Below are positions 53,095 to 62,213 of a DNA stretch of 64,000 bases, one piece after another. Each line of letters opens with the position of its first letter. Position 1 is the first letter of the stretch. Location of the stretch: the sequence record PQ898399.1; one strand, written 5' to 3'. The notes below the pieces were generated by a model that saw only the letters and a program-made list of their open reading frames with translations, ran no database searches and was not told the DNA's origin. A program made the translations under genes and the position numbers.

Positions 53095-53401
53095 TCTTCG
53101 TCTGTTAGAGACCTATAAAACTCAAAAGAAATGGAAGAACTGGAATAAAGTTCACGGTGTGTATGAGTTATCCTTTGCAATTGAAGATATCAGAGAGTAT
53201 CGTAATGCAGAGTACACTATCTATGATAGCAATGGAAATAACCCAATTGAACTTTGTCGTTCAATGAAATCAGTGCTACTTGCTTCAATGAATGGTAATG
53301 TTAGCTTTTCAAATGGCTATGTTACAATGATTGGAGACTTCTTTAAAAGCGGAAGTCAAGTATTCTTCAATCCGTTGGAAGAACAATATGAAAATCAATA
53401 A
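53081..53401 (+). CDS. Hypothetical protein (paralogue A)
   Basis: Ends MIGDFFKSGSQVFFNP. Confidence 0.7.
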   Translation: MKGYNLRLLETYKTQKKWKNWNKVHGVYELSFAIEDIREYRNAEYTIYDSNGNNPIELCRSMKSVLLASMNGNVSFSNGYVTMIGDFFKSGSQVFFNPLEEQYENQ

Positions 53402-53735
53402 TCATTTGACTCTGTTACAAGAAGAAGCCCAAAAGAATTGGGCTTTAGTAATCGAGGGTAATGCTCCTACTATTGAGCAATATAAGCGAAAGCCTGAGTT
53501 ATACAAAACAATTCCACATGGATTGTATCGCATTGATGTTGAAATCAATGACACTTGGGCAGCTGATGAAGGCATCAGAATTGCTCGCGGATTAGGTGTT
53601 AAAATTATGATGAACACTCGTCAAACAATTCATCATATTGCTAAAGGTAATGTAGTCATCACTGGTAATACGATGACTGTTTTTGGTCGGTTTGATAAAC
53701 AAGGCCGTGAAATCTTCTTTCGTCCAGGAAAATAA
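53388..53735 (+). CDS. Hypothetical protein (paralogue B)
   Basis: Ends VFGRFDKQGREIFFRP. Confidence 0.7.
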   Translation: MKINNHLTLLQEEAQKNWALVIEGNAPTIEQYKRKPELYKTIPHGLYRIDVEINDTWAADEGIRIARGLGVKIMMNTRQTIHHIAKGNVVITGNTMTVFGRFDKQGREIFFRPGK

Positions 53736-54595
53736 TGAAACAATATCAACAGCTAATTCAGCATATCTTTGATGAAGGTTACGTGACTGATGACCGCACA
53801 GGAACTGGTACTTGTGCTGTGTTTGGCACTCAGCTTCGTTTTGATTTGCAACAAGGTTTTCCAGCAGTAACTACTAAGAAGCTTGCCTGGAAAGCATGTA
53901 TTGCAGAACTTCTGTGGTTCTTGTCCGGTTCAACAAATGTAAACGATTTACGTCTTCGTCAGCATGGTTCTCCGACAAATGGTAAAACCGTCTGGGACGA
54001 CAATTACGAAAATCAAGCTCGTTCAATGGGATACGTTGATGGTGAGCTTGGTCCGGTTTATGGTAAGCAGTGGCGAGACTTTATGGGTGTTGACCAATTG
54101 ACTTTGGTTATTGACCGAATTAAAGAACTACCTAATGACCGTCGTCAAATTGTGACCGCCTGGAACCCTCTAGACATCCCTAAGATGGCGCTTCCACCAT
54201 GCCATATGATATATCAGTTCAACGTACGCAATGGGTTTCTGGACCTCCAGTGGTACCAGAGGTCGGTAGATGTATTCCTTGGTCTACCATTCAATATTGC
54301 ATCATATGCTGCTTTGATTCATATCGTAGCTAAAATGACTGGCTTAAAACCTGGTCATTTGGTATTTACTGGTGGCAACACTCACATTTATTCAAATCAT
54401 ATTGAGCAGTGCGAAGAAATTCTTCGTCGAGAGCCAAAAGAACTGTGTGAGCTTGAAATTGATTTTCCAATTGAGTTTGAGCGCTGGCAAACTTCATCTC
54501 AGCTTAAGTGGATAAACCGATTTGCTGTTATCGAAGACTTCAAGTTAGTTAACTATGAAAGTCACCCAACAATCAAAGGAAAAATGGCTGTATGA
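53735..54595 (+). CDS. td: Thymidylate synthase (intron-less)
   Basis: DDRTGTGT, ELLWFLSG, LGPVYGKQWR, MALPPCH, YQRSVDVFLGLPFNIASY. Confidence 0.98.
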   Translation: MKQYQQLIQHIFDEGYVTDDRTGTGTCAVFGTQLRFDLQQGFPAVTTKKLAWKACIAELLWFLSGSTNVNDLRLRQHGSPTNGKTVWDDNYENQARSMGYVDGELGPVYGKQWRDFMGVDQLTLVIDRIKELPNDRRQIVTAWNPLDIPKMALPPCHMIYQFNVRNGFLDLQWYQRSVDVFLGLPFNIASYAALIHIVAKMTGLKPGHLVFTGGNTHIYSNHIEQCEEILRREPKELCELEIDFPIEFERWQTSSQLKWINRFAVIEDFKLVNYESHPTIKGKMAV

Positions 54596-54780
54596 TTACT
54601 AAATTTACAAATGCTTTGGGAAGTATCGTTTATGCTCAAACTGATGAGCAACTGTGCGATGCTGACTTCAAATTAAACTCTTCTATTATGATTAATGGCT
54701 ATTTTCACATAGTTCTGGCTCATCACATTGAAATTGTCGGTGAATCTGCTGAACGCATTATTATTGTGAGTAAAGCATAA
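54592..54780 (+). CDS. Hypothetical protein
   Basis: Overlaps the td stop. Confidence 0.6.
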   Translation: MITKFTNALGSIVYAQTDEQLCDADFKLNSSIMINGYFHIVLAHHIEIVGESAERIIIVSKA

Positions 54781-55013
54781 TGCCACATCTTAGAATTGTA
54801 ATTCAAAATAACGAAGAAGACCCAATTGCGGAAGTTTATAACATCCGTGATTCTGAAATTCCAAAAGTCGGTTCAGTCATTCAAGTTCGTGGAGCACGTC
54901 TTTATGTTCGTAACGTTGTCCATGCATACGAAAAAGCGCACGATTTTGAAGAACTAGGATTTAAATCTAATCCATTGATTCATGATACATGGTTTATTGT
55001 GGAAGTTAAATGA
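54780..55013 (+). CDS. Hypothetical protein (nrdA.2 position)
   Basis: TAATG coupling. Confidence 0.6.
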   Translation: MPHLRIVIQNNEEDPIAEVYNIRDSEIPKVGSVIQVRGARLYVRNVVHAYEKAHDFEELGFKSNPLIHDTWFIVEVK

Positions 55014-55321
55014 GAGCGTGTCGAGTGGTTAATAAATACCATTCCGATTTCGACGTTAATATCCAACGAGGTACAATGTGGGGTAATGACGTTGGTAAAA
55101 ATGCTGGCAGCCGTGAGGCTGCCATTGAAGCCTTTAAAGAGGACTTCATTAAGCGTATTAGGAGTGGTGAAATAAAACGTGAGCACTTGGAGACCCTCCG
55201 TGGAATGAGATTAGGATGCACTTGTAAACCTAAAGCTTGCCATGGTGATATAATAGCTCATATAGTAAACAGACTATTCAAAGACACATTTACGCTAGAG
55301 GATTTGCATGAAAGTAATTAA
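55010..55321 (+). CDS. nrdA.1: nrdA.1 / DUF4326-type protein
   Basis: FDVNIQRGTMWGN..AIEAFKE..LRGMRLGCTCKPKACHGDII. Confidence 0.85.
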   Translation: MRACRVVNKYHSDFDVNIQRGTMWGNDVGKNAGSREAAIEAFKEDFIKRIRSGEIKREHLETLRGMRLGCTCKPKACHGDIIAHIVNRLFKDTFTLEDLHESN

Positions 55322-57563
55322 GTCCAGTGGTACCTCTCAAGAATTTACTCCAGAAAAACTTATCAAAGTTCTGGAATGGGGCTGTGAAAACACCCGAGTT
55401 GACCCATATGAGCTATATCAAGCTATCGTTCCACATCTGCAAGATGGAATGACAACTTATGACATTCAACGCGCAGCTACTAAAGTTGCAGCTTCAATGA
55501 TTTCAATTGAAGAACCAGATTATCAATATGTAGCAAGTAATCTGTCGATGTTCAATCTTCGTAAGCAGGTTTACGGACAATTTGAACCTCGTTCGTTTAT
55601 TGACCAGATTTCATTTGGTGTTAATCACAACAAATACGACAAAGAAATTCTTGCCAAATGGTCTGCTGAAGAAATTGCTCTGCTTGAAAGTAAAATTGTT
55701 CATGACCGTGATTTTGAAATGACGTATGCTGGCACGATGCAGCTCATTGAAAAATATCTGGTCAAAGACCGCAGCACTGGTCAAATCATCGAAACTCCTC
55801 AATTTGCATTCATGCTCATTGGTATGACTCTGCACCAGGATGATGGTGAAAATCGTTTAGTTAACACTATTCGTTTTTACGATGCTGTGTCAACTAAGAA
55901 AATTTCTCTGCCTACTCCTATTATGGCAGGTGCTCGTACTCCTACTCGTCAATTCAGCTCTTGCGTTGTTATTGAAGCTGGTGATTCACTGAAGTCAATT
56001 AACAAATCAGCTGAATCAATTGTAGAGTACATCTCTAAACGTGCTGGTATCGGCATTAACGCAGGTATGATTCGTGCAGAAGGTTCAAAAATCGGCTTCG
56101 GAGAAGTCAAGCATACTGGAGTTATTCCTTTCTGGAAACACATCCAAACAGCAGTTAAATCTTGTTCCCAAGGCGGAGTTCGCGGTGGCGCGGCGACATT
56201 GTACTATCCAATCTGGCACTTGGAAGTTGAAAACCTCCTCGTACTCAAGAACAACAAAGGTGTAGATGAAAACCGAATTCGTCACTTGGACTACGGTGTT
56301 CAAATCAACGACCTGATGTTTGAACGTCTGATTAAAGATGATTACATCACTCTGTTCTCTCCGGACATTGATGCTGGTCGCCTTTATGAGAACTATTTCA
56401 AAGATGCTGCTGCGTTCCGTGAACAGTATGAAGCTCTTGAAAAGAACCCTGATGTTCGTAAGAAGCGTGTCAAAGCTCGTGAATTGATTGAGTTATTCTT
56501 AACTGAGCGTTCAGGTACTGCTCGAATTTACCCTTACTTCGTAGATAACGTTGGTAATTATGGTCCTTTTATTCGTGATGTGGCTACGATTAAGCAATCG
56601 AACCTCTGCGCAGAAATTGCGTTACCTACTAAAGACGTCTACTCAGAAGACGCAGAAATTGCGCTGTGTACGTTGTCTGCGTTCGTGCTCGGCAACTTCG
56701 ATTGGCAAGACCAAGAAACTATTAACGAGCTCGCAGAAGTCCAAGTCCGAGCACTCGACAACCTCTTGAGTTATCAAGGTTATCCGGTTAAAGAAGCTTT
56801 GAAAGCTCTTAAACGTCGAGCATTGGGTGTTGGTGTAACGAACTACGCTGCTTGGTTAGCAGATAACTTTGCTACATACGCTGATGCAAATGACCTGACT
56901 CACGAACTGTTTGAAAGGCTGCAATATGCACTCATCAAAGCATCAATTAAACTTGCAAAAGAAAAAGGACCTTGCGAGTATTATAAAGACACTCGTTGGT
57001 CTCGAGGTGAATTACCTATCGACTGGTACAATAAGAGAATTGACCAGCTCGCGGCCCCGAATTACGTTTGTGACTGGGAAGCACTCCGTGCAGAACTCAA
57101 GCAATATGGCATCCGTAACAGTACATTGTCCGCACTCATGCCATGTGAGTCCTCCTCCCAGGTTTCCAACAGCACAAACGGTATTGAGCCGCCACGAGGT
57201 CCAGTCTCTATTAAAGAGTCTAAAGAAGGAAGCTTCAACCAAGTAGTTCCGAACGTTGAACTGAACGCTGACCTCTATGATTATGCATGGAAACTTGCTA
57301 AGCAGGGTAACAAACCTTATCTGACTCAAGTAGCTATTATGTTGAAGTGGGTATGTCAATCTGCATCAGCTAATACTTACTATGACCCTCAGAACTATGA
57401 GAAAGGTAAAGTGCCAATGTCTGTTATGATGGACGACTTGCTTTACTTCTGGTACTTTGGCGGTAAGACATTGTACTATCATAACACTCGTGATGGGTCC
57501 GGTAACGATGATTTCGAAATCGAAAAACCAAAAGCCGAAGATTGTTCTGCATGTAAGCTTTAA
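55308..57563 (+). CDS. nrdA: Class Ia ribonucleotide reductase alpha subunit
   Basis: ATP-cone MKVIKSSG, PTPIMAG, RQFSSCV, QSNLCAEI, MPCESSS, C-terminal CSAC. Confidence 0.98.
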   Translation: MKVIKSSGTSQEFTPEKLIKVLEWGCENTRVDPYELYQAIVPHLQDGMTTYDIQRAATKVAASMISIEEPDYQYVASNLSMFNLRKQVYGQFEPRSFIDQISFGVNHNKYDKEILAKWSAEEIALLESKIVHDRDFEMTYAGTMQLIEKYLVKDRSTGQIIETPQFAFMLIGMTLHQDDGENRLVNTIRFYDAVSTKKISLPTPIMAGARTPTRQFSSCVVIEAGDSLKSINKSAESIVEYISKRAGIGINAGMIRAEGSKIGFGEVKHTGVIPFWKHIQTAVKSCSQGGVRGGAATLYYPIWHLEVENLLVLKNNKGVDENRIRHLDYGVQINDLMFERLIKDDYITLFSPDIDAGRLYENYFKDAAAFREQYEALEKNPDVRKKRVKARELIELFLTERSGTARIYPYFVDNVGNYGPFIRDVATIKQSNLCAEIALPTKDVYSEDAEIALCTLSAFVLGNFDWQDQETINELAEVQVRALDNLLSYQGYPVKEALKALKRRALGVGVTNYAAWLADNFATYADANDLTHELFERLQYALIKASIKLAKEKGPCEYYKDTRWSRGELPIDWYNKRIDQLAAPNYVCDWEALRAELKQYGIRNSTLSALMPCESSSQVSNSTNGIEPPRGPVSIKESKEGSFNQVVPNVELNADLYDYAWKLAKQGNKPYLTQVAIMLKWVCQSASANTYYDPQNYEKGKVPMSVMMDDLLYFWYFGGKTLYYHNTRDGSGNDDFEIEKPKAEDCSACKL

Positions 57564-57610
57564 TTCTTTCAGTTTATAATTGGACCACGGATGGTCCTAA
57601 GAGGTAAATA

Positions 57611-58825
57611 ATGAGCACAGTTTTTAATACGCAACAAGTAGATTTGATGACCGAGCCAATGTTCTTCGGAAGTGGGCTTGGTATTGCACGATATGATATT
57701 CAGCGTCACCGTACATTTGAAGAACTGATTGAGAAACAACTCTCGTTCTTCTGGCGTCCTGAAGAAGTTAACCTGATGACTGACCGAGCTCAATTTGAAA
57801 AGCTTCCAGTTGGCCAGCAAAACGTATTCCTTGATAACCTGAAATATCAAAGTCTTCTGGATTCAATTCAAGGTCGAGCTCCGGCGGCTGTTCTTTCTGC
57901 TTTAATTTCTGACCCATCACTCGATACATGGAACCAGACCTGGACGTTCTCTGAAACGATTCACTCTCGTTCATATACGCACATCATGCGTAACTTGCTG
58001 AATGACCCGGCGAAGGTGTTTGATGAAATCGTTCTTGACGAAGCAATCATGAAACGAGCTGAGACAATCGGTCATTATTACGATGATGTAATTCTGAAGA
58101 CTCGTCTTTGGGAAAACGCTAAAACTGAAGTTTCGTATTGGAAATTTGAAGCATGCCAGTATATTGCTGATGGTGAAGAAGTAGATGATAGTGTGTTGGG
58201 CGAACTTGATAAAGCTGAACAGCGGGAACGCTCTACTAAACGTGCTCTGATGAAAGCACTTTATCTGTGTCTGCATGTCATCAATGGTCTTGAAGCAATT
58301 CGTTTTTACGTATCTTTCGCATGTACCTTCAATTTCCATAAGAACATGGAAATCATGGAAGGTAACTCCAAGATTATGAAGTTCATTGCACGCGATGAAC
58401 AGCTTCATCTGAAAGGCACGCAGTACATTATTCGTCAGCTTCAACTTGGCACTGATGGCGAAGAATGGGTTCAGATTGCTCGTGAATGTGAACAGGAAGC
58501 AGTTGATATCTTCATGGAAATTAACCGCCAAGAAAAAGAATGGGCAGTTCATCTGTGGCGTGATGGTGGAGTTCCTGGTCTTTCAGTGAAAATCCTTCAT
58601 GACTTCATCGACTATCTGACCGTTTCACGTATGCGTAGCTGTGGTCTTCCATGCCCGATTACTGACGCTCCTGTTCGTCACCCAATCCCATGGATTCGTG
58701 AATACTTAAACTCAGATGCGGTACAATCTGCTCCACAAGAAGTTGAAATCTCAAGTTACCTTGTAGCACAGATTGACAACGATGTCGATGCTGATGTGCT
58801 GCTGAAATTCAGAAAGTATTTGTAA
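57611..58825 (+). CDS. nrdB: Class Ia ribonucleotide reductase beta subunit (intron-less)
   Basis: FFWRPEEVNL, YQSLLDSIQGR, ETIHSRSY, LEAIRFYVSF, IARDEQLH, APQEVEISSY. Confidence 0.97.
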   Translation: MSTVFNTQQVDLMTEPMFFGSGLGIARYDIQRHRTFEELIEKQLSFFWRPEEVNLMTDRAQFEKLPVGQQNVFLDNLKYQSLLDSIQGRAPAAVLSALISDPSLDTWNQTWTFSETIHSRSYTHIMRNLLNDPAKVFDEIVLDEAIMKRAETIGHYYDDVILKTRLWENAKTEVSYWKFEACQYIADGEEVDDSVLGELDKAEQRERSTKRALMKALYLCLHVINGLEAIRFYVSFACTFNFHKNMEIMEGNSKIMKFIARDEQLHLKGTQYIIRQLQLGTDGEEWVQIARECEQEAVDIFMEINRQEKEWAVHLWRDGGVPGLSVKILHDFIDYLTVSRMRSCGLPCPITDAPVRHPIPWIREYLNSDAVQSAPQEVEISSYLVAQIDNDVDADVLLKFRKYL

Positions 58826-58829
58826 GGAG

Positions 58830-58845
58830 AGGGCCTTCGGGCCCT
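58830..58845 (+). terminator. UUCG hairpin after nrdB
   Basis: AGGGCC-TTCG-GGCCCT. Confidence 0.7.
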
Positions 58846-58851
58846 TCTGTT

Positions 58852-59265
58852 ATGAAAGATATTGCTAACGAGTTTTCTTTTATAGAATACACTCAACTGA
58901 AGCTGCTACCTGATTGCACTATAGACCAAGTCCAAGTTCCAAACAAGTTGAACGTGGTATATGCAATTGCAGTTGATGATGAGTTGGTCTACATCGGTAA
59001 GACCAAGAATCTCAGAAAGAGAATAAATTATTACAGGACAGCGATTAATCGCAAAGACCAGACATCAGATTCAACTAAGTCAGCTAAGATTTATGATGCT
59101 CTGATGTCAGGAAAGACTGTTAGCTTTTATGCTCGACAGTGCTTTAATCTCCTGATAAACAACGAACTCGGTGAAATGTCAATCTCAACGATGGACCTTG
59201 AAGAACCGATGTTCATCAAAAAATTCAATCCTCCGTGGAATACTCAACATAAGGGTAAAAAGTGA
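58852..59265 (+). CDS. denA: Endonuclease II DenA (GIY-YIG)
   Basis: NVVYAIAVDDELVYIGKTKNLRKRINYYRT; LEEPMFIKKFNPPWN. Confidence 0.95.
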   Translation: MKDIANEFSFIEYTQLKLLPDCTIDQVQVPNKLNVVYAIAVDDELVYIGKTKNLRKRINYYRTAINRKDQTSDSTKSAKIYDALMSGKTVSFYARQCFNLLINNELGEMSISTMDLEEPMFIKKFNPPWNTQHKGKK

Positions 59266-60392
59266 AAAAATTATTCAATGAGCTCATGACTCTATGTAAC
59301 GATGAAACTCGTTTCTTCTACCGTGATGATGTATCTCCAATGGGGTACAAATATCGCACGTTTTCTTACCATTACGCATCTTACTCTGACTGGCTCCTGC
59401 CGTCTGCATTAGAGTGTCGTGGCATTATGTTTGAACTTGATGCAGACGATACCCCGGTGCGTATCGCATCTCGTCCAATGGAAAAGTTCTTCAATCTTAA
59501 TGAAACTCCATTCACTATGAATCTGGACCTTTCTAAGATTAAGTATATGTTAGCCAAAGAAGATGGCTCCTTGGTTTCTACTTATTTGGACGGTGAAAAT
59601 CGTATTCGCTTTAAGTCTAAGACTTCTATCAAATCTGAGCAGGCTGTTGAAGCTTCTGCTATGCTAGCAAGTATCGATCATCTGGATTTGGCTGAAGCTC
59701 TGATTGATTTAGCAAAAGATGGTTTCACTGCTAACTTTGAATACTGTTCTCCACAAAACCGAATTGTTCTGAACTACCATGAAAAGATGCTTATTCTTCT
59801 GAACGTTCGCGAAAATGACACCGGCGAGTACATTGATTACGAAGACCTTTTGGCACACCCGGTTCTTCGTAAGTATCTGGTAGAAGCATTTGAAGTTCCT
59901 GATGGAGATTTTGTTTCCAAGATTCGTGCTGAAGAACAAATTGAAGGCTATGTTTGTGTAATGGAAGATGGTCTTCGTTTCAAACTGAAAACAGAATGGT
60001 ATTGTGCTCTCCATCATACAAAGGATTCTATTATCAACAACCAACGTCTGTTTGAATGCATCGTGAACAATGCTGCTGATGACCTTCGTGGCATGTTTGA
60101 TAATGATAAAGTAGCTATCGATAAGATTAATGCCTTTGAAACCCAGTACTTAGACTATCTTCGTTCAGCTCTTAAACTGTGCCAAGACTTCTACGCTACT
60201 CATCGTGGTAAAGATCGTAAGACTTATGCAGCAAATGCTCAAGCGGCTACTGCCGCAGCGGGTCTACCTCAGATTTTCGGTATCATCATGAAAATGTATG
60301 CAGGAGACCTTGATGACGACCAGCTCATCACGAAGCTGAACACAGCGTTCTTGAAGAACTCTAAGCCGTTCACTCCGGCTAAGTACATCTAA
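59262..60392 (+). CDS. rnlA: RNA ligase 1
   Basis: ECRGIMFE, RPMEKFFNLNE, KEDGSL (motif I), EGYV, FKLKTEWY; GTG start. Confidence 0.95.
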   Translation: MKKLFNELMTLCNDETRFFYRDDVSPMGYKYRTFSYHYASYSDWLLPSALECRGIMFELDADDTPVRIASRPMEKFFNLNETPFTMNLDLSKIKYMLAKEDGSLVSTYLDGENRIRFKSKTSIKSEQAVEASAMLASIDHLDLAEALIDLAKDGFTANFEYCSPQNRIVLNYHEKMLILLNVRENDTGEYIDYEDLLAHPVLRKYLVEAFEVPDGDFVSKIRAEEQIEGYVCVMEDGLRFKLKTEWYCALHHTKDSIINNQRLFECIVNNAADDLRGMFDNDKVAIDKINAFETQYLDYLRSALKLCQDFYATHRGKDRKTYAANAQAATAAAGLPQIFGIIMKMYAGDLDDDQLITKLNTAFLKNSKPFTPAKYI

Positions 60393-60394
60393 CC

Positions 60395-60424
60395 GTTTAC
60401 ATCTCCATTTGGTTGTGTTACTAT
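60395..60424 (+). promoter_or_regulatory. alc early promoter with SD-masking inverted repeat
   Basis: GTTTACA-17 bp-TACTAT; perfect 13-bp inverted repeat 60402-60414 / 60436-60448. Confidence 0.88.
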
Positions 60425-60455
60425 GTCTCTACACTAACCAAATGGAGAAAACGAA

Positions 60456-60962
60456 ATGCTGAACTTAATCACTGCTGAAGAACTAATAGAAATTTACGGT
60501 GGCACTCATCATGACGGGATTCGTATTTTCAAAAATTCTCGTCCTCTGGGTTACATCACCGATTTGCGTGTAGCTTATTCTCGCGACCAAAAACGTCAAA
60601 AGGCCCGTAAAGAATACAGCAACCGCGTAAATGAAAAACGCGCTGAGAAGATGCCTGAAGCAGTAGAAGAAATGCGCAGCTTCTTGGATAATCATCTGAC
60701 CAAGTATGGTGCAGAAGTAATGATTAACATTTCTCAACCAAACGTTCATGTTAATGGTTGTAAGTGCTACGTCATTGTAGACCCAATCTATGGAAAGCAT
60801 CGTCTGAGTGTTTCAAATCCACGTCTGTCCGCTTCAGAAATGGCAGAGATGGTGGACCCCTGCTTCAAAATTCAAAACTCTCCTGCTGAACATCATATTC
60901 TTATCAATGGTCTTTCTCAGGACGATATTGTACAGGCAATCATCAAATTATGTTCAAAATAA
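60456..60962 (+). CDS. alc: Alc, terminator of transcription on cytosine-containing DNA
   Basis: LITAEELIEIYGGTHHDGIRIFKNSR.LGY.TDLR.AYSRDQK; NISQPNVH.NG.KCY. Confidence 0.93.
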   Translation: MLNLITAEELIEIYGGTHHDGIRIFKNSRPLGYITDLRVAYSRDQKRQKARKEYSNRVNEKRAEKMPEAVEEMRSFLDNHLTKYGAEVMINISQPNVHVNGCKCYVIVDPIYGKHRLSVSNPRLSASEMAEMVDPCFKIQNSPAEHHILINGLSQDDIVQAIIKLCSK

Positions 60963-61306
60963 CAAACACACATGTTATTGTAGTAGCATTAGGACTAGCA
61001 GCTTATGGATTTATCCAATTCCAGTCAATGCGAATCGATAACTTAAAACTTGGACTAAAAGAAGTTCAAGAAGTAGCAGAAGCTCAAGGTAAAGCTATTG
61101 ATAAGCTTCAGCTAGATATCAAAAATTTGAATACGTACGATGAAGTACGTAAAGAAAACAGAGCGGAGGCTGATAAATCCGATGCTAAAATGGCTAAAGA
61201 TGCTAAACGTGAGCATGTGGTCAAAGCTAAGCCTAAGCTGGTTGAAAAGCAGTTAAATGAGTCTTTCAACAAATTGACTCTAGAGTTCCAGGAGGCCACC
61301 AAGTGA
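60950..61306 (+). CDS. pseT.3: Inner-membrane spanin (Rz-like, pseT.3)
   Basis: N-terminal TM, coiled coil, AK....AKPKLVEKQLNESF. Confidence 0.85.
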   Translation: MFKITNTHVIVVALGLAAYGFIQFQSMRIDNLKLGLKEVQEVAEAQGKAIDKLQLDIKNLNTYDEVRKENRAEADKSDAKMAKDAKREHVVKAKPKLVEKQLNESFNKLTLEFQEATK

Positions 61307-61605
61307 AACTCTTAGTAGCCACCGTATTATCAATTGGACTATTGGCTGGATGTTCCCAGAAGACACCAGAGTTACCCCAGCCAACTGTAGTGCATCCATC
61401 TTGGCCTGACCAAATTAAACCTTGGAATGGGCATTGGACTATCGTCGAAGTTGATGGCCGTCCGTTTGTAGGAATGCCTTATTCTGATTCTCAGGAGTTT
61501 AGAATTTGGTTGAATGATGTTCTTCGTTATACCAAAGATGCTAATGGTATGATATGTTACTATCGCTCCGAATTAAAGGAACCAAAATGCGTAAATTCAC
61601 GTTAG
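61303..61605 (+). CDS. pseT.2: Outer-membrane lipoprotein spanin (Rz1-like, pseT.2)
   Basis: LAGC lipobox; HPSWP; DSQEFRIWLNDV.RY..D...MICYYR..L.E..C. Confidence 0.88.
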   Translation: MKLLVATVLSIGLLAGCSQKTPELPQPTVVHPSWPDQIKPWNGHWTIVEVDGRPFVGMPYSDSQEFRIWLNDVLRYTKDANGMICYYRSELKEPKCVNSR

Positions 61606-61685
61606 GTGCAAAGCTGTTTTGTTTTGGTCTGTTCATCGCTGCAGTTGCATGTACAGTAGCTCTTGCAGCCGTAGTTGTATTTTAA
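61587..61685 (+). CDS. 32-aa hydrophobic peptide (not in ORF track)
   Basis: MRKFTLGAKLFCFGLFIAAVACTVALAAVVVF; SD AAGGA; followed by a hairpin. Confidence 0.55.
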   Translation: MRKFTLGAKLFCFGLFIAAVACTVALAAVVVF

Positions 61686-61686
61686 T

Positions 61687-61704
61687 TGAGGCCTTCGGGC
61701 CTCA
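61687..61704 (+). terminator. UUCG hairpin without U-tract
   Basis: TGAGGCC-TTCG-GGCCTCA. Confidence 0.55.
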
Positions 61705-61733
61705 TCGGGATAATAAACTTTGAGGAAAATAAT

Positions 61734-62213
61734 ATGCGTTATTTTGTAAAAGATGGCTCATTTTTATCTGCAATTAAAAAGACCCAGTTACGCAAATTGT
61801 GTATGCAGGGTGCCCGTCACAAAACTCCATTAATGCGTAAAGCTACCGTGAGTCCCTGGTTTGAAATCATTGATGGAAAACCGACAGTAGTTTCAGTTAG
61901 AGTTTTTGCTCCAGGAACTGAAACTATCCCATCTCACGTCTTTAAACTTAAAGAACAAACTTATATTTCAGAAGAAACTTGGTTCAAAATCTTTGCTCCT
62001 ATAGAAGATTACGATGAATGGTATGGCATTCGTATGGAAGAAGACTATAAACGTGATTTGATTGATAAGCTTATTGAAGCTGCTTCAATTTACGGTCAAG
62101 TTAAATCCAATTGTGCCAATGGCTTTATCTCAGATATTGAAGGCGCAATGCGACCAGCAGGTAAAGACGTTCGTGAAATTCGTAAATCTTTATATGAGGC
62201 TCTTGGACTATGA
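61734..62213 (+). CDS. Hypothetical protein
   Basis: SD GAGGA. Confidence 0.72.
   Translation: MRYFVKDGSFLSAIKKTQLRKLCMQGARHKTPLMRKATVSPWFEIIDGKPTVVSVRVFAPGTETIPSHVFKLKEQTYISEETWFKIFAPIEDYDEWYGIRMEEDYKRDLIDKLIEAASIYGQVKSNCANGFISDIEGAMRPAGKDVREIRKSLYEALGL

Noticed and set aside
53735-58825. Possible group I introns in td or nrdB
   Set aside because: Both ORFs are uninterrupted and near the expected length; the slightly long nrdB (404 aa) is explained by a short in-frame acidic insertion
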